Assembly: GCA_038882975.1 (NCBI GenBank)
Contig: JAVZNE010000001.1
Location: forward strand, 96,001-160,000
Direction of reading: 5' to 3'
Source of the DNA: Candidatus Bathyarchaeia archaeon
Lineage (GTDB): Archaea > Thermoproteota > Bathyarchaeia > Bathyarchaeales > Bathycorpusculaceae
DNA length: 64,000 nt
Shown: positions 28,202-38,345 of the stretch, one piece after another
Layout of the letters: every line of letters begins with the position of its first letter
Numbering within the stretch: the first letter of the stretch is position 1
Notes under the pieces: model-generated
Database searches by the model: none
Told to the model about the DNA's origin: nothing
What the model saw: the letters and a program-made list of their open reading frames with translations, nothing else
Program-made: the position numbers and the translations under genes

Positions 28202-29590
28202 TTGAACATAAAAAGTTTGGCTAAAAAGTTTTTCAAATCAAAAACAGCCCTACTACTAACCCTTGCAGTTCTAATCCGTTTTTCGCTGGCGCCCTTCACA
28301 GAACACAGATACGACATGTATATTTGGAGACTTAATCAAGCATTCGCCTATCAATACGGGGTTAACCCGCTGAATCCGCCGAAGTGGATTGATAAAAACG
28401 CCACAGTGTTCTTCTGGAGTTATCCGCCTTTGTGGCTTTTCTGCCTACTCGCAGTCTACCCCATCTACGCCGCTGCTTCCCACACAACTTTCCCAGCAAA
28501 CGTCAGCGAACTCTGGCGGGACATGTACACTTACAACAATCCATGCGAAGCCTACAACTCCTTCAAACCCAAAAACCTGCCATTACTAGACCTGCTGATT
28601 AAAACGCCTCTAATCCTTTCAGACTTAGCCATAGCCCTACTACTGCTCAAAGTAATTGGAAGATTTTCCGAGGAAGAGAAAGCCCGCAGACACGCCTACA
28701 TGTGGATTTTTAACCCATATGTTATATTCATCTCGGCTGTCTGGGGAATGTTTGACACTTTACCAACACTTTTCACATTGTTAGCCGTATGGCTTCTCCT
28801 AGAAGGGAAAAGTGGCAAATCAGCAGTATCCCTATCTGTTGCTGCACTGTTTAAAATGTATCCAATTGTATTTGCACCAATACTTGCCACCATGCATTAC
28901 AAAAAATGTCGGAAACCCTTTGTAGCAGTAAAATATCTCCTAACAGCAGCGGGCTTGACGATTCTAGCCATGCTTCTGGTTCACTTCTGCTTCGCATTAA
29001 TCTTCGGCCAAGAACCTTTTAGCACTTCCACCACAATGGTTTGGCTGCTCTTAAAAGGGAGAGCTTCACCAGACTGGTACGGCTCCAACATATTCTTCGG
29101 ACTAACACCCCTCAGCATAATGGAAGACCTATTCAAGCGATTAAATGTCAAGACAAATATCCCCATTTCGCCAATATTAATCAGCGTCGCAGTAACTATT
29201 CTAATCTTTGGAATAAGCCGAAAGAAAGATTTTGATTCCATGGACGTTTTCTCCTACATTACAGTGGCACACTTCGCCGTCTACCTCACATACGCAGTTG
29301 TTAACGAACAATATTTGATGTGGATTTTACCCTTCCTTTTAGTTCTTGCAGCAACAAAAGGCAACTCCAAAATTGTGTTTATTTACTGGACGATAAGCCT
29401 CACCGCAATGCTTTTCGTTTTCACCCACTACGGAGACTTATCCTACTTTATCTCCCCATATTTTGTTCCGGGTTATCCGGGATACATGCCAGCACTAGTT
29501 CTTTTTGGGTTAACAATGGCGGTTGTTTATTCACTGGGCATAATTTTCATTCTGAAAAAAGATGAAGGGAAAGCTGCAAAAAATGCATAG
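28202..29590 (+). CDS. GT-C-type polytopic glycosyltransferase (GT87/PIG-M-like)
   Basis: RFSLAPFTEHRYD, YPPLW, KTPLILSD and NPYVIFISAVWGMFD motifs. Confidence 0.75.
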   Translation: MNIKSLAKKFFKSKTALLLTLAVLIRFSLAPFTEHRYDMYIWRLNQAFAYQYGVNPLNPPKWIDKNATVFFWSYPPLWLFCLLAVYPIYAAASHTTFPANVSELWRDMYTYNNPCEAYNSFKPKNLPLLDLLIKTPLILSDLAIALLLLKVIGRFSEEEKARRHAYMWIFNPYVIFISAVWGMFDTLPTLFTLLAVWLLLEGKSGKSAVSLSVAALFKMYPIVFAPILATMHYKKCRKPFVAVKYLLTAAGLTILAMLLVHFCFALIFGQEPFSTSTTMVWLLLKGRASPDWYGSNIFFGLTPLSIMEDLFKRLNVKTNIPISPILISVAVTILIFGISRKKDFDSMDVFSYITVAHFAVYLTYAVVNEQYLMWILPFLLVLAATKGNSKIVFIYWTISLTAMLFVFTHYGDLSYFISPYFVPGYPGYMPALVLFGLTMAVVYSLGIIFILKKDEGKAAKNA

Positions 29591-30899
29591 GCATCTTGAC
29601 AAGTTTAGGATGCTTATCCTCCTAGGACTAATCGTTAGGCTAGCCCTCTGCTTCTGGACCGGACACCCCTGGGATTTTGAAGTTTTTATCCGTGTGGGAT
29701 ACTATGTGGCTAAAGGCTCAAGTCTTTTCGGCATCTACCCAGCAGAAAGCTACTATAAGGAAGGTTTGGGTCAACCAATATTTCCATACGTTACAGGCTT
29801 GGGCTACCTTCCAGCATGGGGACTATACACAGCCCTCGCATACAGAATCTACAGTCTCTTACCAGTCTCCCCATTCCTCTACTATTTTATGCTAAAACTA
29901 GCCCCAATTCTCGGAGACTCGGCTTCAACACACCTAATCTACTCATTAACATGGATGGTTACTGGCGACGTGGAGAAGGCAAGGCTTAGCGCATTAACAT
30001 TTTTTCTATGCCCCTTCATCATACTTATAAGCTCGGTTTGGGGCATGTTTGACTCCACACCATTGGCTTTTACGTTGGCATCTGCAATGCTACTGTTGCT
30101 GGACAAGCCTTTTTTAAGCGGAGTCTGCCTTGGAATAGGAATCTACATAAAAGTTGTTCCAATAATTTATCTTCCAATCCATATGCTTTACCTAAGCAGC
30201 AAGAAAGGGATTAGACAAGCTTTAACCCATCTATTAACCGCCTTGCTTGCCCCTTTCATGTTGACGATGGTTCCACTGGTCTATTTTGGCTGGGACCCCT
30301 CAAAAGCTGCCATAACAATCTTCAGCCAGACCCAGAGAACAGGCGAAGTTTTAACCTACTGGAATCTAAGCGCCCTCCTAAACGACTTGTTCCCAGAGAT
30401 CTTTTCAAGCGAGGTACTAAACGAGGTTTTCTCCTTCCCGTTAGTGAGGTATTTTTGGGTTCTGGGACTTATGGTGGGCTACCTCCTATACCACAAACTA
30501 CAAAAGGATTCCGATGAACCTCACGGTTTAAGCCTATTAAAGGGATACCTTTTCGTAACAGTAGGGTTTCTACTGACAAGAACCTTTATTCCAGAACAGT
30601 TCGTTATCCACCTAGCCCCCCTAATAATTGTTCAGGCAAAAGGTTGGCGGCCTGAGAAGATGCTAGGCTGGAGGAGTATTTGGGTTCCAGCCCTAACTTT
30701 CACTTTCATCAATTTGTATCCGTTTACATTCGCTTACCTAATAAATCCGGAATTATGGTACGTCTTCAGCTACTGGGCATTCACAAAACCCTACTCAAGC
30801 GTTAGATATCTTGCACGCTTCATCACAGCAGTGGTTTTCGACCTATTTTTGGTGAAAATTCTCTATGAAATGGTGAGAAGCCATGGAGAAAGTGCTTGA
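29562..30899 (+). CDS. GT-C-type polytopic glycosyltransferase (paralog)
   Basis: TGHPWD, YLPAW, KLAPILGD and PFIILISSVWGMFD motifs. Confidence 0.75.
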   Translation: MKGKLQKMHRHLDKFRMLILLGLIVRLALCFWTGHPWDFEVFIRVGYYVAKGSSLFGIYPAESYYKEGLGQPIFPYVTGLGYLPAWGLYTALAYRIYSLLPVSPFLYYFMLKLAPILGDSASTHLIYSLTWMVTGDVEKARLSALTFFLCPFIILISSVWGMFDSTPLAFTLASAMLLLLDKPFLSGVCLGIGIYIKVVPIIYLPIHMLYLSSKKGIRQALTHLLTALLAPFMLTMVPLVYFGWDPSKAAITIFSQTQRTGEVLTYWNLSALLNDLFPEIFSSEVLNEVFSFPLVRYFWVLGLMVGYLLYHKLQKDSDEPHGLSLLKGYLFVTVGFLLTRTFIPEQFVIHLAPLIIVQAKGWRPEKMLGWRSIWVPALTFTFINLYPFTFAYLINPELWYVFSYWAFTKPYSSVRYLARFITAVVFDLFLVKILYEMVRSHGESA

Positions 30900-32418
30900 A
30901 CTATTAAGGGACAAGAAGATGCAGTACGTGGTTATTGTTTGGATACTTCTAATAAAAGTTGTTGAAATCGCTGTTGAACTGCTTGCAAACATCGAGCTAC
31001 TATATTTCATTGAACTTTTAGGGTTTGGCTATCTCTCCAAAACTTCCCGCATGGTGTGGGATGCTCTTATAACCTTTACAATTATTTGGCTAATCTACCG
31101 ACTGGCAAAGGATGCCTTTCAAATCTCTTTAGGGCTGAGGCAGCTCTCAAAAAGGGAGCTTTTAAGCACCATTTTACTGTTGATATGGGTGGCTGCCTCC
31201 GTTACAGCGGTTTTGCAGTTTGCCCAAGCAGCCTCGCTTCCACCAGCAAGTCCACGACTGGAAATTTCAAGATACTATCAACCATGCAACATGACCGAAG
31301 ACGGATTTACCACATATTTCACAATCAACGACGCAGAGCAAGGAGCTAAAATTACATTAGACCTTTCTAAATCGGTTTTTTCAAACGCTTTCTCCTTTTA
31401 CAGAATAGGCGAAATTTCTATGTTTGGAGTAAAGGATGGCGGCTTAAGCTACTTTTCTCTGAAAGACTCTCAGACGGGGCAAAAGATGATTGAGATGAAG
31501 TTTTTTGGAAACGGCACCAATGGTTTGGACGGATGGTTTGCAAATAAAATCATATTGGAGAAGCCTCTAAACGTAAATGAGAACACAACGCTTATACTGC
31601 TGCTCAAGCTGGAGCCTTCAGCCGACAACACCGCTTGGACCTACATAAAACTGGACTTTTCATCCGAAAACGGCGAGGATTATTATCTTGTCTGGAAATT
31701 TCACGACAAACCAATAAATTCCATGCCCTACAGTGCCGACAAAAGAATGAAAACGTACCTTCTCGGAAGTGCTGTTGAATGGACATTTTTCCAATTCAAC
31801 CTACAAAATGTTTTCTACACAAGTTTCTCAAGCCACCCAAAACTTTTAGGTGGCATCGAATATGGTGTGGGCGCAGAGGCAGACAACACTGTAGCTGCAA
31901 ACTTCCTTTTGGCGAAAATATCTGATAATCCCTTCAAAGTTAATGGGGAACTGGTTGAAAGCGTGAAGCCAACAGTAAAACTAGATGATTCCCGAATATG
32001 TTTTGAAGGGGTTAATGTCTATAGGCTTTATGCAACATCAATACTAAAGCCATGCCTAGAGGAAAAGCATTTCCAATTATTCCTAACAAAAATTTCAAGA
32101 CTTGAAAAATATAAATGGATTCTCCCAGCATCTCGCCAAGAGGCTGAAGAGCGAATCCGCCTCAACACCACAAATAATTCCACAAAAATATTTTTAAACG
32201 GCAGACAGGTCACGTTCAAAACACGCGTTTATGAGTTGTCGGTTTTCCAGTCAGAAACTTTGCAAAATGAGGTTGTCCTAACGTTTGTTAATGAAATGGA
32301 CACGTATCTTATGCCAATAATCAGCATTTTCTTAATTCCACCGCTCACGGTATGTCTATGGAAAACTGTTAAACTCAAAAAGAGAATGAAAAACGCATAT
32401 GCTGTCTTCTACTTTTAG
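30883..32418 (+). CDS. Membrane protein with large extracellular beta-rich domain
   Basis: Three N-terminal TMs, a soluble domain and a C-terminal TM; overlaps the GT-C gene. Confidence 0.65.
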   Translation: MEKVLELLRDKKMQYVVIVWILLIKVVEIAVELLANIELLYFIELLGFGYLSKTSRMVWDALITFTIIWLIYRLAKDAFQISLGLRQLSKRELLSTILLLIWVAASVTAVLQFAQAASLPPASPRLEISRYYQPCNMTEDGFTTYFTINDAEQGAKITLDLSKSVFSNAFSFYRIGEISMFGVKDGGLSYFSLKDSQTGQKMIEMKFFGNGTNGLDGWFANKIILEKPLNVNENTTLILLLKLEPSADNTAWTYIKLDFSSENGEDYYLVWKFHDKPINSMPYSADKRMKTYLLGSAVEWTFFQFNLQNVFYTSFSSHPKLLGGIEYGVGAEADNTVAANFLLAKISDNPFKVNGELVESVKPTVKLDDSRICFEGVNVYRLYATSILKPCLEEKHFQLFLTKISRLEKYKWILPASRQEAEERIRLNTTNNSTKIFLNGRQVTFKTRVYELSVFQSETLQNEVVLTFVNEMDTYLMPIISIFLIPPLTVCLWKTVKLKKRMKNAYAVFYF

Positions 32419-32513
32419 AAGCAATCCATAAGAGGGTACCTTGTTCCATTTTCAACATAATCCTTATAAATTTTCCAACTGAAGCGCGGGAATGGTGAAA
32501 GCTGGTATCCCTT

Positions 32514-33485
32514 TTGGACGTTAGTATCGGCATATGCGCCTACAACGAAGAGGAAAACATCGGAGCCTTACTTGAAAACCTTTTAACAAAACAATCTCTA
32601 CCTTGCAACTCAGAAATCATTGTTATATGTTCAGGATGTACCGATGAAACGCCAAATATTGTCGAAAAATTCGCAAGAGAAGATGAGCGGGTTAAGCTAA
32701 TTCTGGAAAAGGAAAGAAGGGGAAAAGCACCCGCATTAAATCGAATACTCAGCCTTTATCGAGGGAAAATATTTGTCCATCTTGACGCTGACCACCTTCC
32801 AGAACCAGGCGCCATCAACCTGTTATTAAAACATTTCCACAACCCTAAAGTTGGAGCCGTTTCTGGTTGTCAGATACCCGTTAAAGTTGATAGCTTCATG
32901 GGACAAGTAAACGCCGTTATTTGGGGCTTACACAATGAAACCCAACGTTATTACCACCAAAAGGGTAAAGCACAACACTTGGGAGGAGTCCTATTTGCTA
33001 TTAGAAGAGGCATATGCGACAGAGTTCCAGAAGACATTGTGAATGACGACGCATACATGGGAATAGTATGCCAACAAAAAAATTACAGAATCATATTTGA
33101 GGAAAAAGCGATAGCCTTTTTCCGAGGACCCGAAACCATAATTGATTATATAAATCAAAGGAGAAGGGTCGTCTATGGACACTTAAGAGTAAAAAGGGAA
33201 ACAAAGGTCTCTCCAATGATTTTAGAAGCCAGCCCCTTAAGCGACAAAATTACTATATTTTCAAGATGGTTTAAAAGAAATTGGAGGGCCCTCCCCTACC
33301 TTATGGCAGCTTGCTTTCTAGAAGCTATTGTAAATATTATGGCGAGAATCGACCTTAAAAAAGGAAAGCCCCTTCATAAGGTGTGGAAAATAGCGGCAAC
33401 GACTAAAAAACGTGTACATGTGCCAGAAAATCAAAACGCGGTTCGAAAAACCAATAATTTAGGCGTTGTGTTTGCTGAAACTTAA
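32514..33485 (+). CDS. Glycosyltransferase family 2
   Basis: ICAYNEE, GKAPALN, LDAD, NDDAY and QRRR motifs. Confidence 0.9.
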   Translation: MDVSIGICAYNEEENIGALLENLLTKQSLPCNSEIIVICSGCTDETPNIVEKFAREDERVKLILEKERRGKAPALNRILSLYRGKIFVHLDADHLPEPGAINLLLKHFHNPKVGAVSGCQIPVKVDSFMGQVNAVIWGLHNETQRYYHQKGKAQHLGGVLFAIRRGICDRVPEDIVNDDAYMGIVCQQKNYRIIFEEKAIAFFRGPETIIDYINQRRRVVYGHLRVKRETKVSPMILEASPLSDKITIFSRWFKRNWRALPYLMAACFLEAIVNIMARIDLKKGKPLHKVWKIAATTKKRVHVPENQNAVRKTNNLGVVFAET

Positions 33486-34229
33486 GGTTTTAAGGTTGCG
33501 AAAAGCTGTTTTAATAATGTATAGCAGGAAGCTCAGTATCTCGCTTTTTGTCAGTTTTGACTTTCCCTTCTTTCTGTTAGTAAACGTTATCGGAGTTTCA
33601 ACCACTCTGGCCTTGTTAATGCTCGCCTGCCGGAGGGTTTCAATTTGAATTTCATAGGTTTGACTGTGGAGATTTGGAAGAATTTTCTGGATGTACCCCC
33701 TAGAATAGCATCTAAAACCACTTGTGAAGTCGTTTATTGGCAAGGCTACAAGTTTTGCGGTTATTTTGTTAGCTATTTTACTGATCGCCAGTCTTGTTAA
33801 AGGCCAGCCCTCAACAGCTCCGCCGTCACAATATCTGCTTCCAACAACTATGTCGCAACCCTTCCTCGCTTGCTCTAGAAGCTTCGGTATCTCTTTTGGA
33901 TCATGGGAGTAGTCAGCGTCCATTGTTATAATGTATTTTGAGGGAGTTTTCTGGGATAAAACAAAATGGAAGCCGTGGGTTATTGCCGTTCCAAGTCCAG
34001 CTTTAAAGGGACGTGCCAGCAATGTTATATTTCCATATATTTTCTGCAGTTTTTGGACAATTTTTCCTGTCCCGTCGGGGCTTGAATCATCTATAACTAT
34101 TATCTTCGAGTTTATTCCCAAGTTTTCGATGGTGTGTATTAGGTTTTCAATGTTTTCGGCTTCACAGTATGTTGGTAGGAGGATGGTAACGGAAGAACCA
34201 TCATCTTCGCTCGTCTTACTCTCTTTCAC
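33459..34229 (-). CDS. Polyprenol/dolichol-phosphate mannosyltransferase (DPM1-like GT2)
   Basis: PTYCEAENI, DDSSPDGT, GLGTA, MDADYSHDP, GSRY, TSGFR and GKSKL motifs. Start placed at GTG 34229 after AAGGAG. Confidence 0.85.
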   Translation of the reverse strand: MKESKTSEDDGSSVTILLPTYCEAENIENLIHTIENLGINSKIIVIDDSSPDGTGKIVQKLQKIYGNITLLARPFKAGLGTAITHGFHFVLSQKTPSKYIITMDADYSHDPKEIPKLLEQARKGCDIVVGSRYCDGGAVEGWPLTRLAISKIANKITAKLVALPINDFTSGFRCYSRGYIQKILPNLHSQTYEIQIETLRQASINKARVVETPITFTNRKKGKSKLTKSEILSFLLYIIKTAFRNLKTLSFSKHNA

Positions 34230-34408
34230 TTTTTTGTCTCCTTTATAGATAACGTCTTTTGTTAGGCTTCTGTGGACGTTTGCCCTTGGCAATTATTAAA
34301 AAGTTTTTAGCGGTTCGGAATCCGAATAAAAACCAGATTAAAATCCAATAAGTTTTTCTAATACACAACCACTCTAGTAGGTGATTTAAAATTTACAAGG
34401 ACAAGAAC

Positions 34409-35494
34409 ATGAATGAAACAAAGGAGCAAACAAACCAAGAAGAATTCGAAAAGCTAAAAGAAATTGTCTGCAAGCACTTTCAGATAGAGGAAGCCCTTAT
34501 AGAGCATAATATTCCCACTTTCTACATTAAACAGCCCCAAGAAACAAAGCAAGCTTTTCTAATTTTACTCAAAAGCTTAGAGTTAATGGGTCTAATAGCG
34601 TTTCTAAGGAGAGTTGATGGAAAACTTGTTTTAAGGATCATTGAAAAACAGCCTGTCAAACCAAGTAAGATACTTATTAATTTGGTTCTGTTTTTAGCAA
34701 CCATCGGAACAACTTTTGCAACAGGCTACATTTTATCATCAAATCTAGCCTCAATAGGTGGAAATATAGATCCAGTTTTCGGAGGAATTACATTTACAAC
34801 TGCTATATTGGCGATTCTCGGAGTGCATGAAATGGGGCATAAACTTATAGCAAACAAGAACGGAATAGAGGCAACACCCCCATACTTTATTCCGGGTCCG
34901 CCACCAATTGTTGGCGGGGGAATAGGAACTTTTGGCGCTGTTATAGTTCAAAAGTCTCTTCCACCTAATAGAGATGCCCTGTTTGATATAGGGGTCAGTG
35001 GACCGATCTCCGGCTTTATAGTTGCCACAATTGTTGCTGCTGTGGGTTTAACAATGTCCGTACCAGCTCAGCCCGTTGAAGAAGCAGCCGTCCTACCAGT
35101 TCCGTTGATTATGATTCTCGTTGGTGAGTTGCTCAGGCTTAGAGGATTAATCCCCACTCGTCCTCAAGGTCAAGTTTTATATTTTCATCCTGTAGGTTTT
35201 GCTGGTTGGGTTGGAATTGTCATTACAATGCTTAACCTTTTACCTGCAGCAATGCTCGATGGAGGCCATGTCGCTAGATCTATAGCTGGGGATAAAACCA
35301 GAGTCGTTCTAACGATACTGTCAATTGTTTTACTGCTGCTCAGTGATTTTTGGTTGATGGCATTATTTGTTCTCTTCTTAGCTATGCAAAGGCACCCTGG
35401 ACCGTTAGACGATGTTTCAAGCCTCTCTAAAGGGCGAAAAGTCGTGGCTGTTGTTTTAGTTTTAATTTTTGTTTTGTCTTTTCCTATTTTCTGA
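34409..35494 (+). CDS. Site-2 protease (peptidase M50)
   Basis: HEMGH, GTFGA, FDIGVSGP and NLLPAAMLDGGH motifs. Confidence 0.92.
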   Translation: MNETKEQTNQEEFEKLKEIVCKHFQIEEALIEHNIPTFYIKQPQETKQAFLILLKSLELMGLIAFLRRVDGKLVLRIIEKQPVKPSKILINLVLFLATIGTTFATGYILSSNLASIGGNIDPVFGGITFTTAILAILGVHEMGHKLIANKNGIEATPPYFIPGPPPIVGGGIGTFGAVIVQKSLPPNRDALFDIGVSGPISGFIVATIVAAVGLTMSVPAQPVEEAAVLPVPLIMILVGELLRLRGLIPTRPQGQVLYFHPVGFAGWVGIVITMLNLLPAAMLDGGHVARSIAGDKTRVVLTILSIVLLLLSDFWLMALFVLFLAMQRHPGPLDDVSSLSKGRKVVAVVLVLIFVLSFPIF

Positions 35495-35581
35495 ATTTAA
35501 TAGCCTTTTGTAGTTGTGTTGAGCAGAAGAACAGAAATATTTAATAAATATTACTACTTCGGATGCTTATGAGAATTTATA

Positions 35582-35818
35582 GTGGGAAGATATGTGAAGG
35601 GAATTTCAATACTAATGGTTTTCTTTTTAATGTTCTTAGCTGCTTCGCTTTTAATCCCTTCACCCATATTTCCAGGAAACTTTATATGCACTTTAATTGG
35701 AAAAGCTGCTGAGGAATACCAGAAGTTTGTGAGCGCCATTTTCAACGGAATCTTTTACGGAGCAATTTTATGGCTTGTTTTTATTGCAGTGAGTCGAAAA
35801 TTTGAGAAAGAGAAGTAA
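35582..35818 (+). CDS. Small two-TM membrane protein
   Basis: Two hydrophobic segments; fills the intergenic gap. Confidence 0.6.
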   Translation: MGRYVKGISILMVFFLMFLAASLLIPSPIFPGNFICTLIGKAAEEYQKFVSAIFNGIFYGAILWLVFIAVSRKFEKEK

Positions 35819-35830
35819 GCCCAGCGCCTT

Positions 35831-36082
35831 TTAGCTTTCAACGGGTTGTTGTAGGAAGCCCACTAGCCTTATAGTGCTTCCGCATTTGTTGCAGCGGAGA
35901 ATTAGCTCCGCCAGGTCGTCTCCTTTAACTTTTGTTTCAACAATCTGGTAGACTTCTTCAGTTTCGTCGTCCGGTGATATTATAACCCCGCATCTTGGGC
36001 ATGGGAATGCGCCGTCTCCATCAATTCTCGTCAAATCCACCGTGTACATTTCACTCTTTTTAACTGTGGCTTTTTTCATCAT
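35831..36082 (-). CDS. Small zinc-ribbon protein
   Basis: GAFPCPRCG...CNKCG. Start trimmed to ATG 36082. Confidence 0.7.
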   Translation of the reverse strand: MMKKATVKKSEMYTVDLTRIDGDGAFPCPRCGVIISPDDETEEVYQIVETKVKGDDLAELILRCNKCGSTIRLVGFLQQPVES

Positions 36083-36183
36083 TTGATTACGCCTTCCTTT
36101 GACCTTGACGTTTTCCCAGTTTGCCCAGAATATAATTAACAATTATGAATCAAAAATCCATATTCTAACTAAACTTTAACAAT

Positions 36184-37164
36184 TTATGGGGAAGGTATCC
36201 CAGCAACTTTGGGAAATGGAACAGCGTCCCAGATATTTTCAAGACCGCAGATAAACCTTGTAAGCCTCTCAACACCTATTCCAAAACCCGCTGAGGGGGG
36301 AATGCCAACCATCAACATGTCCAAATACCACCCATAATCAGCGGGATTTTCACCGCTTTTCAGCATCCTCTCCAAAAGCTTGTCATATCGATGCTCTCTT
36401 TTCCCGCCTGAAATTGCCTCGCCGAAACCATCCGGATATAGTAGGTCAAAATCTTCTAAAACGCCATGTTCTTTTTCGCTTTCCATGTAGTAAAAGCTTC
36501 TAGCCGTGGCTGGAAAGTTTGTTATCCAAAAGGGCTCCCCGTGCATCCTTGATATAGCTTCCTCCGCCTCCCACGGAATTTCTTTGCCATACTCCACACT
36601 TATTCCAATACCCTTGAGAATTTCAAGAGCTTCTCTGTATGTGTATCTTTTGAATGGCAATTTTGGCACTTTCAGCATTTTTGCGCGTTCTCCAAGCTCT
36701 TCGCGGCACTTGTTTTTCACATGGGTTATCACGTGGTGGAGCATTCTTTCGCCTAGCTCCATCACATCTTCGCATTTGGCATAAGCAACTTCAAGGTCTA
36801 TTTGCCTAAACTCTGTTAGGTGGCGACGTGTCCCCAAAGTTTCTATAGGTTCTAGTCGTATGTTTGGCGATAATGCGAAAACTTTTGGCAAAGCCGTGAT
36901 AATCATTTGTTTGTATAGTATCATACTGCTCATAACTTTGAAAGGAAAACCATAATAGTCTATAGTGGCTTGCTTTGCCCCTCTAATGCCGGGATCTGTT
37001 GCAGGTCCAATGATGGGCGCCAAAATTTCGATAAAGCCCTCATTTTTTAGGAAAGCCCGGATTGATGATATTATTTCATCTTGAACTTTAAAGACGTTTG
37101 CCAGTCCATTATTTTTTAGTGTTATGTACCTTTTTTTTAGGCTTTCGAAGGGGTCGCTGCTCAT
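36184..37164 (-). CDS. Archaeal asparagine synthetase (AsnRS-like catalytic domain without anticodon domain)
   Basis: TDPGIRG, SMILYKQ, SPNIRLE, RHLTEFRQIDLE, EAISGGKRE and SAGFGIGVERL motifs; 326 aa with no OB domain. Confidence 0.85.
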   Translation of the reverse strand: MSSDPFESLKKRYITLKNNGLANVFKVQDEIISSIRAFLKNEGFIEILAPIIGPATDPGIRGAKQATIDYYGFPFKVMSSMILYKQMIITALPKVFALSPNIRLEPIETLGTRRHLTEFRQIDLEVAYAKCEDVMELGERMLHHVITHVKNKCREELGERAKMLKVPKLPFKRYTYREALEILKGIGISVEYGKEIPWEAEEAISRMHGEPFWITNFPATARSFYYMESEKEHGVLEDFDLLYPDGFGEAISGGKREHRYDKLLERMLKSGENPADYGWYLDMLMVGIPPSAGFGIGVERLTRFICGLENIWDAVPFPKVAGIPSP

Positions 37165-37268
37165 GAGAGTGAGAGATAGCGATTGATGTTTTTAAATTTT
37201 TTATTGAAAATTCTGTATTTTTATTAAATGATAACCTTTTTATGCTTGAATTTATGTAATTTTTACAC

Positions 37269-37775
37269 ATGAGTCTAAAACTCAACGAAAAAGATTTGGC
37301 AATACTGGACTTGCTGCAGAAAAACTGTAAGATGACAGCGAAGGAAATAGCGAGAAAAATAAACTCGCCCATAACAACGGTTTTTGCAAAAATAAAGAGA
37401 ATGGAACAGCAAGGAATAATTAAAGAGTACAGAGCTATCCTAGACCATAAGAAGCTGGATTTTGGCGTGACAGCCTTCATTTTGGCATCCTTCTCCTATA
37501 GAACCAACAAGGAGGAGGAGACACCACTTTCCCAGCGGGCTATAGCTGAGCAAATATCAAAGTTTCCAGAGGTTCAAGAAGTCCACATAATATCCGGAGA
37601 CTGGGACATCCTCATCAAAGTTAAGGATAAAGATGTGGATTCTGTTGGAAGGTTTGTAATAGATAAACTGAGGACTGTGAAGGGGATAGAGAAAACATTA
37701 ACATGCATGGTGTTTGATACGCCAAAAGAGACAACAACCATACCAATACCATTGAAAGCTCTTAAAAAGCTGTGA
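37269..37775 (+). CDS. Lrp/AsnC family transcriptional regulator
   Basis: D..IL..LQ HTH, IKRMEQQGII and HIISGDWDILIKV (RAM domain). Confidence 0.93.
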   Translation: MSLKLNEKDLAILDLLQKNCKMTAKEIARKINSPITTVFAKIKRMEQQGIIKEYRAILDHKKLDFGVTAFILASFSYRTNKEEETPLSQRAIAEQISKFPEVQEVHIISGDWDILIKVKDKDVDSVGRFVIDKLRTVKGIEKTLTCMVFDTPKETTTIPIPLKALKKL

Positions 37776-37804
37776 CATCCGATTTATCAAAATGGGTGGT
37801 TAGC

Positions 37805-38194
37805 CTAACCTTTGTTCGAGGCTAAACCACTTGAATAGTAAAGCAGTGGCAGCGCAAGCAACATAACGTTTCTACCCTTTTCTGTGAGTGCATACTCTAC
37901 CCTTATGGGTGGACCGGTTTCCACAAGTCTTTTAATGTATCCGTTTTTCATTAGGTTTTTTAGCTTGTCCGAGAGGGTGCGAGAATTTATACCTAAAATT
38001 TTCTTTAACCCACTAAAGGAGACGTTGTTTTTAAAGAAGAGGGTGTAGAGCAGTTCAAGATTCCACTTCTGAGATAGGAGAGTGAAGCTTTCTTCCAGAC
38101 TTTTGATATCTTCTTTTAAATTGTCGAGGGTTACGTTTTGTTTCTCAAGTATATATTTCAGAGTTTTCTCTATCCCTTCCAAAGTGTGCCTCAT
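37805..38194 (-). CDS. HxlR-family winged-helix regulator
   Basis: KWNLELL, INSRTLSDKLK and PPIRVEYALTEKG motifs. Confidence 0.88.
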   Translation of the reverse strand: MRHTLEGIEKTLKYILEKQNVTLDNLKEDIKSLEESFTLLSQKWNLELLYTLFFKNNVSFSGLKKILGINSRTLSDKLKNLMKNGYIKRLVETGPPIRVEYALTEKGRNVMLLALPLLYYSSGLASNKG

Positions 38195-38345
38195 CCGCGC
38201 CTCTACAAGACCGCGAAGCTCATCGCTTATTGTTATTTTGTTGTGATTTATTTGGCTACACCAAGTGTGAATAGGCTTACTTCAATATTTATAAAGGTTT
38301 ACTATTACAACAAGGTATAGAAACTACACCGTAGAGGTTTGTTAA

